Virus record (IMG/VR): IMGVR_UViG_3300017743_001539
Coordinates: 1-26,089 of that record
Direction: 5' to 3' (one strand)
DNA length: 26,089 bases
DNA from: a virus
Lineage: Duplodnaviria; Caudoviricetes
Part shown: one piece after another, positions 15,433 to 24,566 of the stretch
Layout: every line of letters starts with the position of its first letter
Position numbering within the stretch: position 1 is the stretch's first letter
Notes under the pieces: generated by a model
What the model was told of the DNA's origin: nothing
Database searches by the model: none
What the model saw: only the letters and a program-made list of their open reading frames with translations
Translations under genes and position numbers: made by a program

Positions 15433-17207
15433 CCCTCACATGCGAGACAGACATCACCATCAGCTACCGCTGTCAGATCAATCTCGTCTTCAATTCTGTT
15501 ACGTTGAATCTGCATACCGACGCGATCAGCTTTACGGAGCTTATCAGAACGGCAGTAGTACAGGCTTTTAAGACCGTTCTTCCATGCTAAGAAATGAGTG
15601 GCGTGAAGATACTTCACATTTACATCCGGGCGGAAAAATAAGTTTAGACTCTGGCCTTGATCAGTATGTTTCTGTCTGTCAGAGGCTAGATCTATCAGCC
15701 AAAGCTGGTCAATCTCATTGGCTGTTTTGAACACGTCTTTCATATCTTGGGGTATATCTAGGTGCTGAACAGATCCGTCCTGCGCTGTGATACTAGCCCA
15801 CGTCTTCTGCGTGTTTAGACCAAGTTCTTCTAGTTTAGTTTCAAGGAACTTGTTTCTTTGTATATACGCACCCGACATTGTATCTTGGCGAAATACGTTG
15901 GCTCGGTAAGGTTCAATGCTAGGGCTAGTGTTACCCATAATAATAGAGCTAGAGGCATTAGGCGCAATAGCCGTCCAGTGACTAAATCTACGCTCGACAC
16001 CCGCCTGTTGAGCATCGTAGCATGGCCCACGGGACTCAAATAACTGTCTGTCGCCTCGCTTACATTCTTTCTCAATGTGACGGTAAATCTCACGATTAGT
16101 TACCTTAGTCATGACGCCCTCTAAAGGCATGTCACGCTTCTGAAAGTAAGCATGTAAACCAAGGGTACCAATGCCGATAGATCGTTCTCTAGACGCTGAT
16201 AGAGCGGCTCTGGAGACGGTTTTAGGTGCATGTTCTATAAAGTGATCCAGCACGTTATCCAACATCTCCATGATGTCCGGGATAAACTTACGCTCAGACT
16301 TCCATTCGTCGTAGTACTCGATATTCAGGCTGGACAAACAGCAGACCGCAGTCCGATCCATAGACGTAGGCAAGAAGATCTCAGTACATAGGTTACTACC
16401 ATTGATTTTCAAACCTTGGCTCTTTAACCATTCAGGCAGATCATCGTTAGCATTATCTATAAACACCAAGTAGGGCTCACCTGTCTGGGTACGCATCTCT
16501 AGCAACTTAATCCATAGTGCCTTAGCCGATACTGTTTCGACTACTTCACCGTTGTTAGGGCTTACTAGATCCCATGAGTCATCAAAGTCCTCATCACGCA
16601 TCGACTGCTCAATAAGGTTCATGAAGTCATTCGTAATGTTCACGCCGTGGTGTAGGTTAAGTGTACGGAAGTTCTGGTCACCTGTAGGCTTACGCATCTC
16701 AACAAACGCCGTAATGTCCGGGTGGTTTATATCTAGGAATGCCGCATAACTACCGCGACGGGTACGTCCCTGTCGGTAGGCCAGTGAGCTTGCGTCATAG
16801 ACTTTCAGGTGAGGCATTACTCCAACTGATTTATCGTCAGAGCCACGGATACCCACATGGATACCAACACCGCCGCCTAGCATAGACAGCCAATTTACTT
16901 CGGATAGAGTATCTACTAATCCTTCTGCGCTATCGTCGAGGTACGACAAGAAGCAACTGATGGGCATACCCCTTTTGCTCCGGCCGTAGCTGAGGATTGG
17001 CGTGGACAACGACAGCCAGTGTTTACTGGTGTATTCGTAGAGGCGCTGGGCGTGGTCGGGGTTGGATCCGAATTGCTCACAGACGTAGGCAAATCTTTCT
17101 TGTGGGCTACTTTCGTCTTCGCGCATGTAGCTTTCGCGTAGTCTTGTGAGTCCGAGGTCATCAAATAATCCATCTCTTTCTAAGTCAATATTAACTTTAT
17201 TTTTCAT
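15429..17207 (-). CDS. nrdA: Ribonucleotide reductase class I alpha subunit (no ATP cone)
   Basis: Motifs PISCFL, GGGVG, GEPY, GSNLCTEI, AIAPNASSS, DQGQSLN, LKSLYY and C-terminal CLACEG. Confidence 0.96.
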   Translation of the reverse strand: MKNKVNIDLERDGLFDDLGLTRLRESYMREDESSPQERFAYVCEQFGSNPDHAQRLYEYTSKHWLSLSTPILSYGRSKRGMPISCFLSYLDDSAEGLVDTLSEVNWLSMLGGGVGIHVGIRGSDDKSVGVMPHLKVYDASSLAYRQGRTRRGSYAAFLDINHPDITAFVEMRKPTGDQNFRTLNLHHGVNITNDFMNLIEQSMRDEDFDDSWDLVSPNNGEVVETVSAKALWIKLLEMRTQTGEPYLVFIDNANDDLPEWLKSQGLKINGSNLCTEIFLPTSMDRTAVCCLSSLNIEYYDEWKSERKFIPDIMEMLDNVLDHFIEHAPKTVSRAALSASRERSIGIGTLGLHAYFQKRDMPLEGVMTKVTNREIYRHIEKECKRGDRQLFESRGPCYDAQQAGVERRFSHWTAIAPNASSSIIMGNTSPSIEPYRANVFRQDTMSGAYIQRNKFLETKLEELGLNTQKTWASITAQDGSVQHLDIPQDMKDVFKTANEIDQLWLIDLASDRQKHTDQGQSLNLFFRPDVNVKYLHATHFLAWKNGLKSLYYCRSDKLRKADRVGMQIQRNRIEDEIDLTAVADGDVCLACEG

Positions 17208-17757
17208 TTTTATTCCTAATATCTTTCTGCAATCGCGCCCAACCTTCCACGTTGGTAAGCACTTCAGAGATGGGTAGGGTGTTGTCTATCCAGACATCGC
17301 AGTCCGCCGAGCTAACCGAAGTTTCGGAAGCGTGTTCATCTTCACCTTCATAGACAGAAACTCGTTCTACCCACGCTACCACTCCGCCGTTCTCGCGGAT
17401 TGCTTTTATTTCATTTGGGAAACGAACATCATCAACCACAACAATACCGGTCTCTTTATTCGCCTTGGCAACAAGCATATCTACCCAGATATTCTCGTGC
17501 AGTAAGTTACGGCCCCACTCAGTTCCGAGTGTTTGCATGGCGTATCTTGGGGTCTTACCATTCAACATGTCACAGGCTACTTCTTTAAGGTCTCCGTTTA
17601 TCTGGCCCTCGTTAAAGCCCATCACACGCATCATGTCTTTAAGAGTGTCGGCAAAGCGGATGATCTTTGCTCCCCGACTATCTCTCATGTTCTTGGCTAC
17701 ATAGGATTTCCCGGAGCCTTTCTTTCCACACAGGCCGATAAATAGATCACTCATCAT
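17197..17757 (-). CDS. Deoxynucleoside monophosphate kinase (T4 gp1-like)
   Basis: P-loop GKKGSGKS, plus FADTLK, PRYAMQTLGTEWGR, DDVRFPNE and HASE. Confidence 0.9.
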   Translation of the reverse strand: MMSDLFIGLCGKKGSGKSYVAKNMRDSRGAKIIRFADTLKDMMRVMGFNEGQINGDLKEVACDMLNGKTPRYAMQTLGTEWGRNLLHENIWVDMLVAKANKETGIVVVDDVRFPNEIKAIRENGGVVAWVERVSVYEGEDEHASETSVSSADCDVWIDNTLPISEVLTNVEGWARLQKDIRNKNEK

Positions 17758-18098
17758 TCGTCGCCTTGTGGTTTGTACTTGCTTATGTCGATGACTTTTG
17801 ATGAAGACTCCAGTTTGCCTAGAAGTTCCTCGTCCGCAGTAAAGATAATCTCGTTCTCTGCTACTGGCTTGATACTTTCATCAAACCCGGACACATTACG
17901 GACTATCTCACCTATGGCGATAATCTCTTCATCTTGACTACTCATCAGGCCGAAGATCCCAGCTACTAGGTTCTTAAATAAATCCTGTACTTCTGGATCC
18001 ATATTGTCGGGGAACTCCCAACCAAACCTAAAATCTATCCCTTCGCTAGTTTCATTCGGGACGAGTTCTATAAATGCTCCTATAAACTTATCCGTCAT
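17754..18098 (-). CDS. Hypothetical acidic protein (114 aa)
   Basis: ATGA-coupled to its neighbours on both sides. Confidence 0.75.
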   Translation of the reverse strand: MTDKFIGAFIELVPNETSEGIDFRFGWEFPDNMDPEVQDLFKNLVAGIFGLMSSQDEEIIAIGEIVRNVSGFDESIKPVAENEIIFTADEELLGKLESSSKVIDISKYKPQGDE

Positions 18099-18562
18099 TT
18101 TGTTTCTCGAAGTTTGTTAAGTAAATTTAATGAACGCTTTTTAGGTTTTTCTTTAAGCCATTCACCCGGGATTTCTTTCGCCGCGAACATAAACCCATTC
18201 TTCTCACACCAGTCAGCGTAGCTAGTCTTGCTACCCTTACGGAGCTTGCCTCTAGGGTTGTTGAATACAAAGCGAAGGTCTAACGCCTCGCCGTACTCGT
18301 CACGGATGTATATGTGTTTTTTTCTATCTTCAGGAGTGAAGCGTCCTTTGCTCTCAATTACGATACCGTTAGGTAAAACGTAGTCGGGAGTGTAGTGACG
18401 GCCCTGCACCGGGACAGTAAAAGGAATGCGGAAAGGTTCATACTCAGCCCTTACTCCAGCCTCTTTAAGCTGGAGGCCTATATCTTCTTCCAGACCAGAC
18501 CGGTACCCATTGGCGATAGCTCTACGGCGTATGTTTCTAAAGGTCATCGTCATACTCCGCAT
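18095..18562 (-). CDS. Endonuclease I / Holliday junction resolvase (T7 gp3-like)
   Basis: YRSGLEE, YTPDYVLPNGIVIESKGRF, DRKKH, DLRFVF and SKTSYADWCEKNGF. The exact start (18562, 18553 or 18547) is uncertain. Confidence 0.93.
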   Translation of the reverse strand: MRSMTMTFRNIRRRAIANGYRSGLEEDIGLQLKEAGVRAEYEPFRIPFTVPVQGRHYTPDYVLPNGIVIESKGRFTPEDRKKHIYIRDEYGEALDLRFVFNNPRGKLRKGSKTSYADWCEKNGFMFAAKEIPGEWLKEKPKKRSLNLLNKLRETK

Positions 18563-19403
18563 ACCAGTGGTAGCGAGGATTTTGAGCCTTGCTGTGAGTT
18601 TGGGGGCGGTACTTCGCGTCCGGCCAACAGGCGTTTGTGTAGTTACAGAAAGTACAGTTAATAGCCAGCCTTTTGTTGGGGGTTAGTTGCTTACGGAAGT
18701 ACTCGTCTTGTGGTTCAAAGCATTTTTCAAAAGGTGCATCTGTTGCTATCAATTCCACATTAGACGCGATCTTATTCCGGATCCCACGCTTATCTGCGTC
18801 AGTGAACTCAGCGTCTACAACCTTGATCTCACCGGTGGATTTATTAACAACAAGCCAACCGCCGGGTTCTTTACCGGAGGCATCACTGTATCCCAATAAC
18901 TGAGGTACATAGCCGAACGCATCGTCCTTAGCTACGCCTTCCCAGCCCTGACTCCATTTGTTGTCATAGGCCCAAGGACTAGAGGACTTAGTATCGTAGA
19001 CCTTATCGTCTATCTCAACGTCGTTCTCACCGAGGATAGTGGTATCGCCCACATCAAGCTGTACCTTATCCTTACCCCCAGTAATATTTACTCGGGCTAG
19101 TTTAAGATATAACTCAACCAATACCTCAGTCGCATCGCCCAGCATAAAGCGGACAATGTTGTTGTAGGGGTTCTTGGATTTAGGAGTGCCAGCCTTCTCC
19201 TGTTGGAGTTGGCAAGAGGGGCGTCCCACATTCGACATACGAATGCGGAACTCCTCTTCACGCGGCTTTAGTTGTTTGCGGAGAGTGTCTTTAAACATCT
19301 CCCCGGCTTCGTCTATCCAGCTTTCTTCATACTCTACAACCTCTCCGTTAGAGAGCTTATCAAGTACCATATGAAGTTGGTGTTCAAGAATGTTTAGAGA
19401 CAT
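18537..19403 (-). CDS. PD-(D/E)XK Cas4-like exonuclease
   Basis: RMSNVGRPSC, GENDVEIDDKVYDTKS and QLLGY. The C-terminal CTFCNYTNAC plus the N-terminal Cys could bind an Fe-S cluster. Confidence 0.8.
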   Translation of the reverse strand: MSLNILEHQLHMVLDKLSNGEVVEYEESWIDEAGEMFKDTLRKQLKPREEEFRIRMSNVGRPSCQLQQEKAGTPKSKNPYNNIVRFMLGDATEVLVELYLKLARVNITGGKDKVQLDVGDTTILGENDVEIDDKVYDTKSSSPWAYDNKWSQGWEGVAKDDAFGYVPQLLGYSDASGKEPGGWLVVNKSTGEIKVVDAEFTDADKRGIRNKIASNVELIATDAPFEKCFEPQDEYFRKQLTPNKRLAINCTFCNYTNACWPDAKYRPQTHSKAQNPRYHWYAEYDDDL

Positions 19404-19432
19404 AAAGTACCTCGTTTAAAGTTAAGGTACGA

Positions 19433-20287
19433 TTACGCTTCGTCGGCTAAATCATCTTCCAAGTCACTAGATATATTATCGAGGGCATCAATAGCATCAT
19501 CAGATAGCTGGCTGTTACGCAGAGCTTTCTCATGAGACGCTTGAATCTTTTCGTTCTCGTTCTTCACCATGTCATGCATTACTTTGACTGTCTCAAAGAT
19601 CTGCTCATCCATTGGAAGCGCGTTAACAAGGTCGGGGTCAAATTTCATTACCCACCAAATGTTACCACCAGAGCCTTTAGTCTTAGTGGCACCCACCTTG
19701 ACTGTGTACTCATGCATCTTACGGCCCCGAGGTAATTTCTTCAGGAACTCATCTTCAAACGGGTTAAAGTTAGATCCTTTCAGCATGACAATTACAGGCT
19801 GGTTCTCGACAGTTACTGTGTCACCATCTGCATTCTTACCTTCGTAAGACACTAGGCCACGCACTTGACGGAAGCATTTGATATCACTGTAACGCTTCTG
19901 ATCTTCCTTAGACATTTCACGCAATACGTTACTGGTAGGTTTACCACAACGTGTAGTGCCGTTCATGTCCCGGGCTTCTTGGCGTAGCATTGGGATCATC
20001 AAGGTTTTGTTCTTAACCTTGTTCTCTTCAGGGTCGTACTGAATCCACTGAAACAGTTGGCTAAGTGGACGAAAGTTCACCGTTTTGGAGAAAACAGGGT
20101 CATCATTTGTACCTTTCACAAAGAATTGACCACGGGGAAGTGACTGACCTTGGTCGTTCTCTTCTTGGTAGTTAATCTTTAATTCGGGTAGACGATCAGA
20201 AGAAGCGTCACCGCTACCACCACCCATGCCCATAGCGGCGGCAAGTTCCAATTGTTCACTTTTGCTAATAGTTGCAAGTTCATTCAT
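19433..20287 (-). CDS. Putative single-stranded DNA-binding protein
   Basis: Lies between polymerase and exonuclease, has a beta/aromatic-rich core and a strongly acidic tail (SSDLEDDLADEA). GGAG SD. Confidence 0.6.
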   Translation of the reverse strand: MNELATISKSEQLELAAAMGMGGGSGDASSDRLPELKINYQEENDQGQSLPRGQFFVKGTNDDPVFSKTVNFRPLSQLFQWIQYDPEENKVKNKTLMIPMLRQEARDMNGTTRCGKPTSNVLREMSKEDQKRYSDIKCFRQVRGLVSYEGKNADGDTVTVENQPVIVMLKGSNFNPFEDEFLKKLPRGRKMHEYTVKVGATKTKGSGGNIWWVMKFDPDLVNALPMDEQIFETVKVMHDMVKNENEKIQASHEKALRNSQLSDDAIDALDNISSDLEDDLADEA

Positions 20288-20335
20288 AAATTTCTCCAGT
20301 AGTTACCTTTATTAGGTATTTTGTTAAGGACTTAC

Positions 20336-20364
20336 AATGTACCTTAGTTAAGGTAACTAGTCAA
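20336..20364 (-). promoter_or_regulatory. Putative sigma70 promoter for the SSB-like operon
   Basis: TTGACT-17 nt-TACATT. The inverted repeat TACCTT-AACT-AAGGTA lies in the spacer and overlaps the -10. Confidence 0.65.
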
Positions 20365-22483
20365 TATCCAATTCAACTTGTTCCATCCAATTTGGGCCTT
20401 GTGTGATCTCGATATCGAGGGGGAGTGAAAGCTCATAATCATAGCGTTCTTTGACCTCTTCGGCTAAACCGCCCATAGCCCACTTCAGGGCCTCTATCAC
20501 TTGCGCGTCTTCATCCGGGTGAACGTCAACGACAATTGAATCATGAACCGTCAAGATCAATCTTGATTTGAAATCTTCCTTGATAAATCTTTTGTGGGCC
20601 CGGACACATGACATCACAACTAAGTCGGCAGTAGCGAACGATTGGCAGGGGTAGTTAACTACGGCAGTAGCATTAGTTATCCTACCGTTTCCTAGCCTCC
20701 GAGCGTTAGGGAAGTAGAACTCACGGCCGCTTGGTATACGAACGAGACCGTCTTTCAGCACACCATCCATTAGCTTACGGTGCCACAGTGCTAGGCCCTT
20801 GTAGATGTTGAAGTACTCTTTGAAGTAGGCTTGGATGTGTGGGGGCTCATTAGCACCCATCCCGCCATACAACGGCGCGAACGTATACGCCTTAGCCGCT
20901 TGTCTCATGGTCTTATTAACATCATCTACTGAGCATTGATTAATAATAGCGGCGGTCTGTTTGTGTACGTCGAACCCATCCAGTATCTGCTCGATGACAG
21001 TAGGGCACTGAGATAGTTCCCCGGCTACTCTAAACTCTAGCCCAGAGAAGTCAGCTTCCATAATCGTGCCGCCATCAAACCTAGAGTGTACGGCTTTCCG
21101 TACGGGAAACTTAGAACCCTTTGGAATGTTCTGGAAGTTTGGGTTAGAAGAGGACAGTCTGCCTGTACGAGTTATGCATTGGTTAAACTGCGCGTGGAGT
21201 ATTCCATCTGCCCGGGTAGATCCTTCGATGTTCTTAATAAACGAGTCTAGGTAAGTAGAGATAGCGTTTAGTCTAGAGGTCTTGGTAAGGAACTCTATTG
21301 CCTTTAAGTTGTCCTTTGCCTCGGCCTGAGCAATCAACTTCTTGATCGTTAACTTATCTGTCTTAAATCCGTTGATGCTGGCATCAGTAGCTTGGGTAGG
21401 TACTAGCTTGAGCCCGGCCACTTGCCCTGTCTCGGTTAGGGTGTATCCCCGGCCGTCACAATGAGTACACTTGGATAGGTTCTTGTACGGCTCACCATTT
21501 ACCTTAATCTTCTGTAGCCTACCTTTGCCTTCACAAACATCACAGTGATTGGCTATGGTCTTCATTACCCGGCGAGTAGACTTACGAACGGTGTTAGCAA
21601 ACTTACTGGCATTCATGCGAGGGGGTGGTAATGGTTTACCCCGGGCATTGACGCCTATGTTGAATGCATTCTTATGGTAGTTTCTGTCTTTAACTGTGCG
21701 CGAATAAACAACGGCAGTCATATCTACACCACTGTTCAGATTAATAGGCGTGTCACCCATCACGTCAGCAACGATGGCATCTAGATCTTTCTCTATCTGT
21801 ACCTTCTCTGCTTCATACTGTATTTTTACTGCACCCAGAGTATCGGTATCTATTGCAATACCATTGCGCTCTAGCTCCACCAAAAATAGCAACATCTCAT
21901 TCATTAGAGTAAAGGTTGGTAGTAGGCCGACGTTCGACTCTTTTAGAAGATCTTTTTGTTGGGCTTGGTAGATCTCCGCAGTAGATAGCACATCGGCATC
22001 TGCGTACTCTATGACCGTAGCCAAGGGCATGGCCTCAAACCCGATACCTGACTTAAACAAGTCATCTACTAGGTCGGACTTCTTACGGGTGACATCCCGG
22101 CGTTCGGCTGTAGCTTTGAGTGATAGCTCTTGGCGTTGTCCTCGTGCGAGGATGTACTCACCAATCATCGTGTCGTACACTGTTTTTGGTGTACTGAAAC
22201 CTGACTCATATAAGTAGGACACGTCAAATTTAGCATTATGGCATACAATTAATTCAGCCCGTTTAAGGTCTGCCTTCATCGGCTCACTGCTATCGGCGTT
22301 TAGGCCGTGTTGCTCATTATGATTAAATATAGCCCGACGCGCTGGGCCTAATACTCCGTCTTCAATCATTCTCCAATGAGAAGAGACGATCTTATTCTTT
22401 GGATGGTACGGGCTGTTGTCCTTACTTTTATCCTCACCAAATTGAACCGTTGTTTCTAAGTCCAATACAATTACTACACTCAC
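20357..22483 (-). CDS. polA: Family A DNA polymerase with 3'-5' exonuclease and an inserted DnaJ-type zinc finger
   Basis: Exonuclease motifs DLET, HNAKFD and YADAD; polymerase motifs TGRLSS, ADFSGLEFR, RQAAKAYTFAPLYG and TVHDS; insert CDVCEGKG...CTHCDGRG. Confidence 0.97.
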   Translation of the reverse strand: MSVVIVLDLETTVQFGEDKSKDNSPYHPKNKIVSSHWRMIEDGVLGPARRAIFNHNEQHGLNADSSEPMKADLKRAELIVCHNAKFDVSYLYESGFSTPKTVYDTMIGEYILARGQRQELSLKATAERRDVTRKKSDLVDDLFKSGIGFEAMPLATVIEYADADVLSTAEIYQAQQKDLLKESNVGLLPTFTLMNEMLLFLVELERNGIAIDTDTLGAVKIQYEAEKVQIEKDLDAIVADVMGDTPINLNSGVDMTAVVYSRTVKDRNYHKNAFNIGVNARGKPLPPPRMNASKFANTVRKSTRRVMKTIANHCDVCEGKGRLQKIKVNGEPYKNLSKCTHCDGRGYTLTETGQVAGLKLVPTQATDASINGFKTDKLTIKKLIAQAEAKDNLKAIEFLTKTSRLNAISTYLDSFIKNIEGSTRADGILHAQFNQCITRTGRLSSSNPNFQNIPKGSKFPVRKAVHSRFDGGTIMEADFSGLEFRVAGELSQCPTVIEQILDGFDVHKQTAAIINQCSVDDVNKTMRQAAKAYTFAPLYGGMGANEPPHIQAYFKEYFNIYKGLALWHRKLMDGVLKDGLVRIPSGREFYFPNARRLGNGRITNATAVVNYPCQSFATADLVVMSCVRAHKRFIKEDFKSRLILTVHDSIVVDVHPDEDAQVIEALKWAMGGLAEEVKERYDYELSLPLDIEITQGPNWMEQVELDID

Positions 22484-22484
22484 A

Positions 22485-22997
22485 TTATTCCCCTTTAAAT
22501 TTAGTTTCCATTAATCGTTTCCACAGAGTTTCAATTGGGAACAACTCATCGTGTTCCATCTTCAGTCTGTCGCCATATCCGAAATTAACGGGGCTACATT
22601 CCTGCTTGAACGTCCTGCGATCTATCCATCCGTTGATCCGCATTACATTTGGATCTTCGGTTCTCCCTACCAACACAGCTATCTGGGCCCGGAACTTCGG
22701 TATCTGATCGAATACCAATGGGCCAAACTCTGCGTTAGTAAACTTGACATCAATCGAGCTATCACCACACCAAAGATCTACGCCGCCGTCTGTCAGCACG
22801 TTGATGGTTGGGGGTTCCAGAGCGAATAACCGGGCCACGGCAAACTCTGCCTTGAACCCATAGATGTTTGCTTCAGTACGACTTTGATTGTCGTTCTCTA
22901 ATCTTGGCTTAAAGCCCTGCATTTCACAGAGCTTAACCGTGTCTGCACCCATTAGCTTACTGCTATGGGCGTCCTGCTTGGATAATGTTACCAGCAT
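22485..22997 (-). CDS. Hypothetical protein, possible PD-(D/E)XK nuclease fold
   Basis: G..AEFAV...DGGVDL.....IDVK resembles E-(P)D-(D/E)xK. Start moved to the ATG at 22997, which has a GGAG SD and lies 2 nt after the helicase stop. Confidence 0.55.
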   Translation of the reverse strand: MLVTLSKQDAHSSKLMGADTVKLCEMQGFKPRLENDNQSRTEANIYGFKAEFAVARLFALEPPTINVLTDGGVDLWCGDSSIDVKFTNAEFGPLVFDQIPKFRAQIAVLVGRTEDPNVMRINGWIDRRTFKQECSPVNFGYGDRLKMEHDELFPIETLWKRLMETKFKGE

Positions 22998-22999
22998 AT

Positions 23000-24223
23000 C
23001 TACTCCACATACCGGGAGATCTCCGGCTGTATGTTGCAAATTACTGTGCCATGCCAACCACTCAGCTTATTCTTACTGACGGTCAGGTAACGTGAGGTAT
23101 CGGGCTCGGAGTCATCAACGTCTCCAGCTTCATGCTTACCGATACCAATACATAAATCTAGCTCGGCCATCTTGCCGATCTTACTGCCTTCCATATCGAA
23201 GCCCGATAAACGAGTTCGTCCTTTGGCATCATTACTGGCTTGGCTAACCGCAAGAAGGGCACAGTCAAATTTCTTCGCGGTCTCACGCAATCGACGATAC
23301 AACTCACGCAGACGTTCATGCCCTGCGTTAAAGTTACCGCCAATGTTTACTTTATCTGCTTGGTCAATGATCAGAATGTCAGGCTGTTCTTTCTCGACGT
23401 AGGCTTCTATCTTAGCCAAGTCCCAGTCCTGTATCTCATTCATGTCAAACAGATCTTCAATGTCGTTAAACTTACGTCTGGCTTTCATAGGGTCAGCAAT
23501 TACTTGCTCCCGGGTAACGCCAGCGTGTGCTTGGATGGCACGGAGCATGGTACGCCCAGTGTCTTCCTCGTTGCCTAGGTAGATGACCTTAGCACCTTGT
23601 TCGCAGAAACCCCCGGGGCCAGTGCAAATGGACACTAGGAATGCCGTTTTACCTGTTTCTGGTAACGCGAACACGCACCCAAACTCCCGGGCACCTATCC
23701 CGTACACATGTCTAGATAACGTGGATATATTAAACTCCCAGCGGTTATCGTCAGTAACACCCGCTAGTAGCTCATGTATGTCTTTGGTCGTAGGCTCACC
23801 GAAGTCAGTAGGCATGAAGCCTTCCTTCGATTGATCAAGCAGTTGGTGTAGTCTTTCCATCCCGGTTGTATTGCCGTCGGCTACTTCGATACCAAGGTTG
23901 GCTATTCGAGTTCCGATGCGGCGTTGCCATAGGCCTTGTATGACCTCAGCTACTACAGGCGGGGAAAGTGGGTCTATTGTATTAATTAGATCCACGATAC
24001 CAGCAAATGCTTCTTGGTCAGACCGAGTAGCTACCGGGTTCTGGTTTTGCCACAATGCCATGATGTCGGCAGGGATTAGGTCGTGTTGATGCTTTTCGTG
24101 GGCTTGAGAGATAGTGACGTAGGCGTCTTGGATCTCATCCTCGAATAGATTCTTAGATAAGTTCGCTTTGTTTTCGTTATAAAAGTCAAATGATAATAGT
24201 GATTTAAGTATTCTTATGTCCAT
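23000..24223 (-). CDS. Replicative DNA helicase (DnaB/SF4-like)
   Basis: Walker A ALPETGKT, YLGNEE, Walker B LIIDQ, LLAVSQA and VSKNKLSG. Confidence 0.92.
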   Translation of the reverse strand: MDIRILKSLLSFDFYNENKANLSKNLFEDEIQDAYVTISQAHEKHQHDLIPADIMALWQNQNPVATRSDQEAFAGIVDLINTIDPLSPPVVAEVIQGLWQRRIGTRIANLGIEVADGNTTGMERLHQLLDQSKEGFMPTDFGEPTTKDIHELLAGVTDDNRWEFNISTLSRHVYGIGAREFGCVFALPETGKTAFLVSICTGPGGFCEQGAKVIYLGNEEDTGRTMLRAIQAHAGVTREQVIADPMKARRKFNDIEDLFDMNEIQDWDLAKIEAYVEKEQPDILIIDQADKVNIGGNFNAGHERLRELYRRLRETAKKFDCALLAVSQASNDAKGRTRLSGFDMEGSKIGKMAELDLCIGIGKHEAGDVDDSEPDTSRYLTVSKNKLSGWHGTVICNIQPEISRYVE

Positions 24224-24235
24224 AGCTATCGCATA

Positions 24236-24265
24236 GTTAAGTTATAGTTGAGCTACACGATAGCA
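24236..24265 (-). promoter_or_regulatory. Putative extended -10 promoter with a downstream CtrA-like box upstream of the helicase
   Basis: TG-C-TATCGT at 24265-24257 and TCAA-N7-TTAAC at 24251-24236. Confidence 0.4.
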
Positions 24266-24277
24266 TGGAGAAGAAAT

Positions 24278-24306
24278 AAAAAAAAGCCCCATCTTTCGAC
24301 AGGGCT
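24278..24306 (-). terminator. Intrinsic terminator
   Basis: AGCCCTGTC-GAAA-GATGGGGCT forms a 9-bp stem with a GNRA loop and runs into a T8 tract. Confidence 0.88.
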
Positions 24307-24329
24307 CAACAAATAATGAATACTTTAAA

Positions 24330-24533
24330 TTAACTAGAACGTAATTTCATCTTTTTTATGTCGGGCTTGTTATCGCCTCGACGCTCTTTGATATCTACTT
24401 CTGAATGAACTACTCTGGGGTTTCCCTTGACCAGTTCTCGCACGGCATTCTCTAGAGCTTCTTGCTCTACCGCCGCTTGCTTGTACCCATCAGGTAGATC
24501 GTAATCTATTACGACAATTCCTCTGCACTTCAT
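24330..24533 (-). CDS. Hypothetical protein (67 aa)
   Basis: GGAGG SD; lies between the primase and the terminator. Confidence 0.75.
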   Translation of the reverse strand: MKCRGIVVIDYDLPDGYKQAAVEQEALENAVRELVKGNPRVVHSEVDIKERRGDNKPDIKKMKLRSS

Positions 24534-24566
24534 TGTGGTTTTTTTCCCTCCATAAACTGACCGTAC

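Noticed and set aside
18537-19403. CRISPR-Cas system suggested by the Cas4-like nuclease
   Set aside because: No repeat-spacer array or other cas genes were seen; solo Cas4-like exonucleases are normal in phage replication modules.
14452-24223. Introns or inteins in nrdA, nrdB, polA or the helicase
   Set aside because: All four ORFs are uninterrupted and of compact length, with no intein splice motifs seen.
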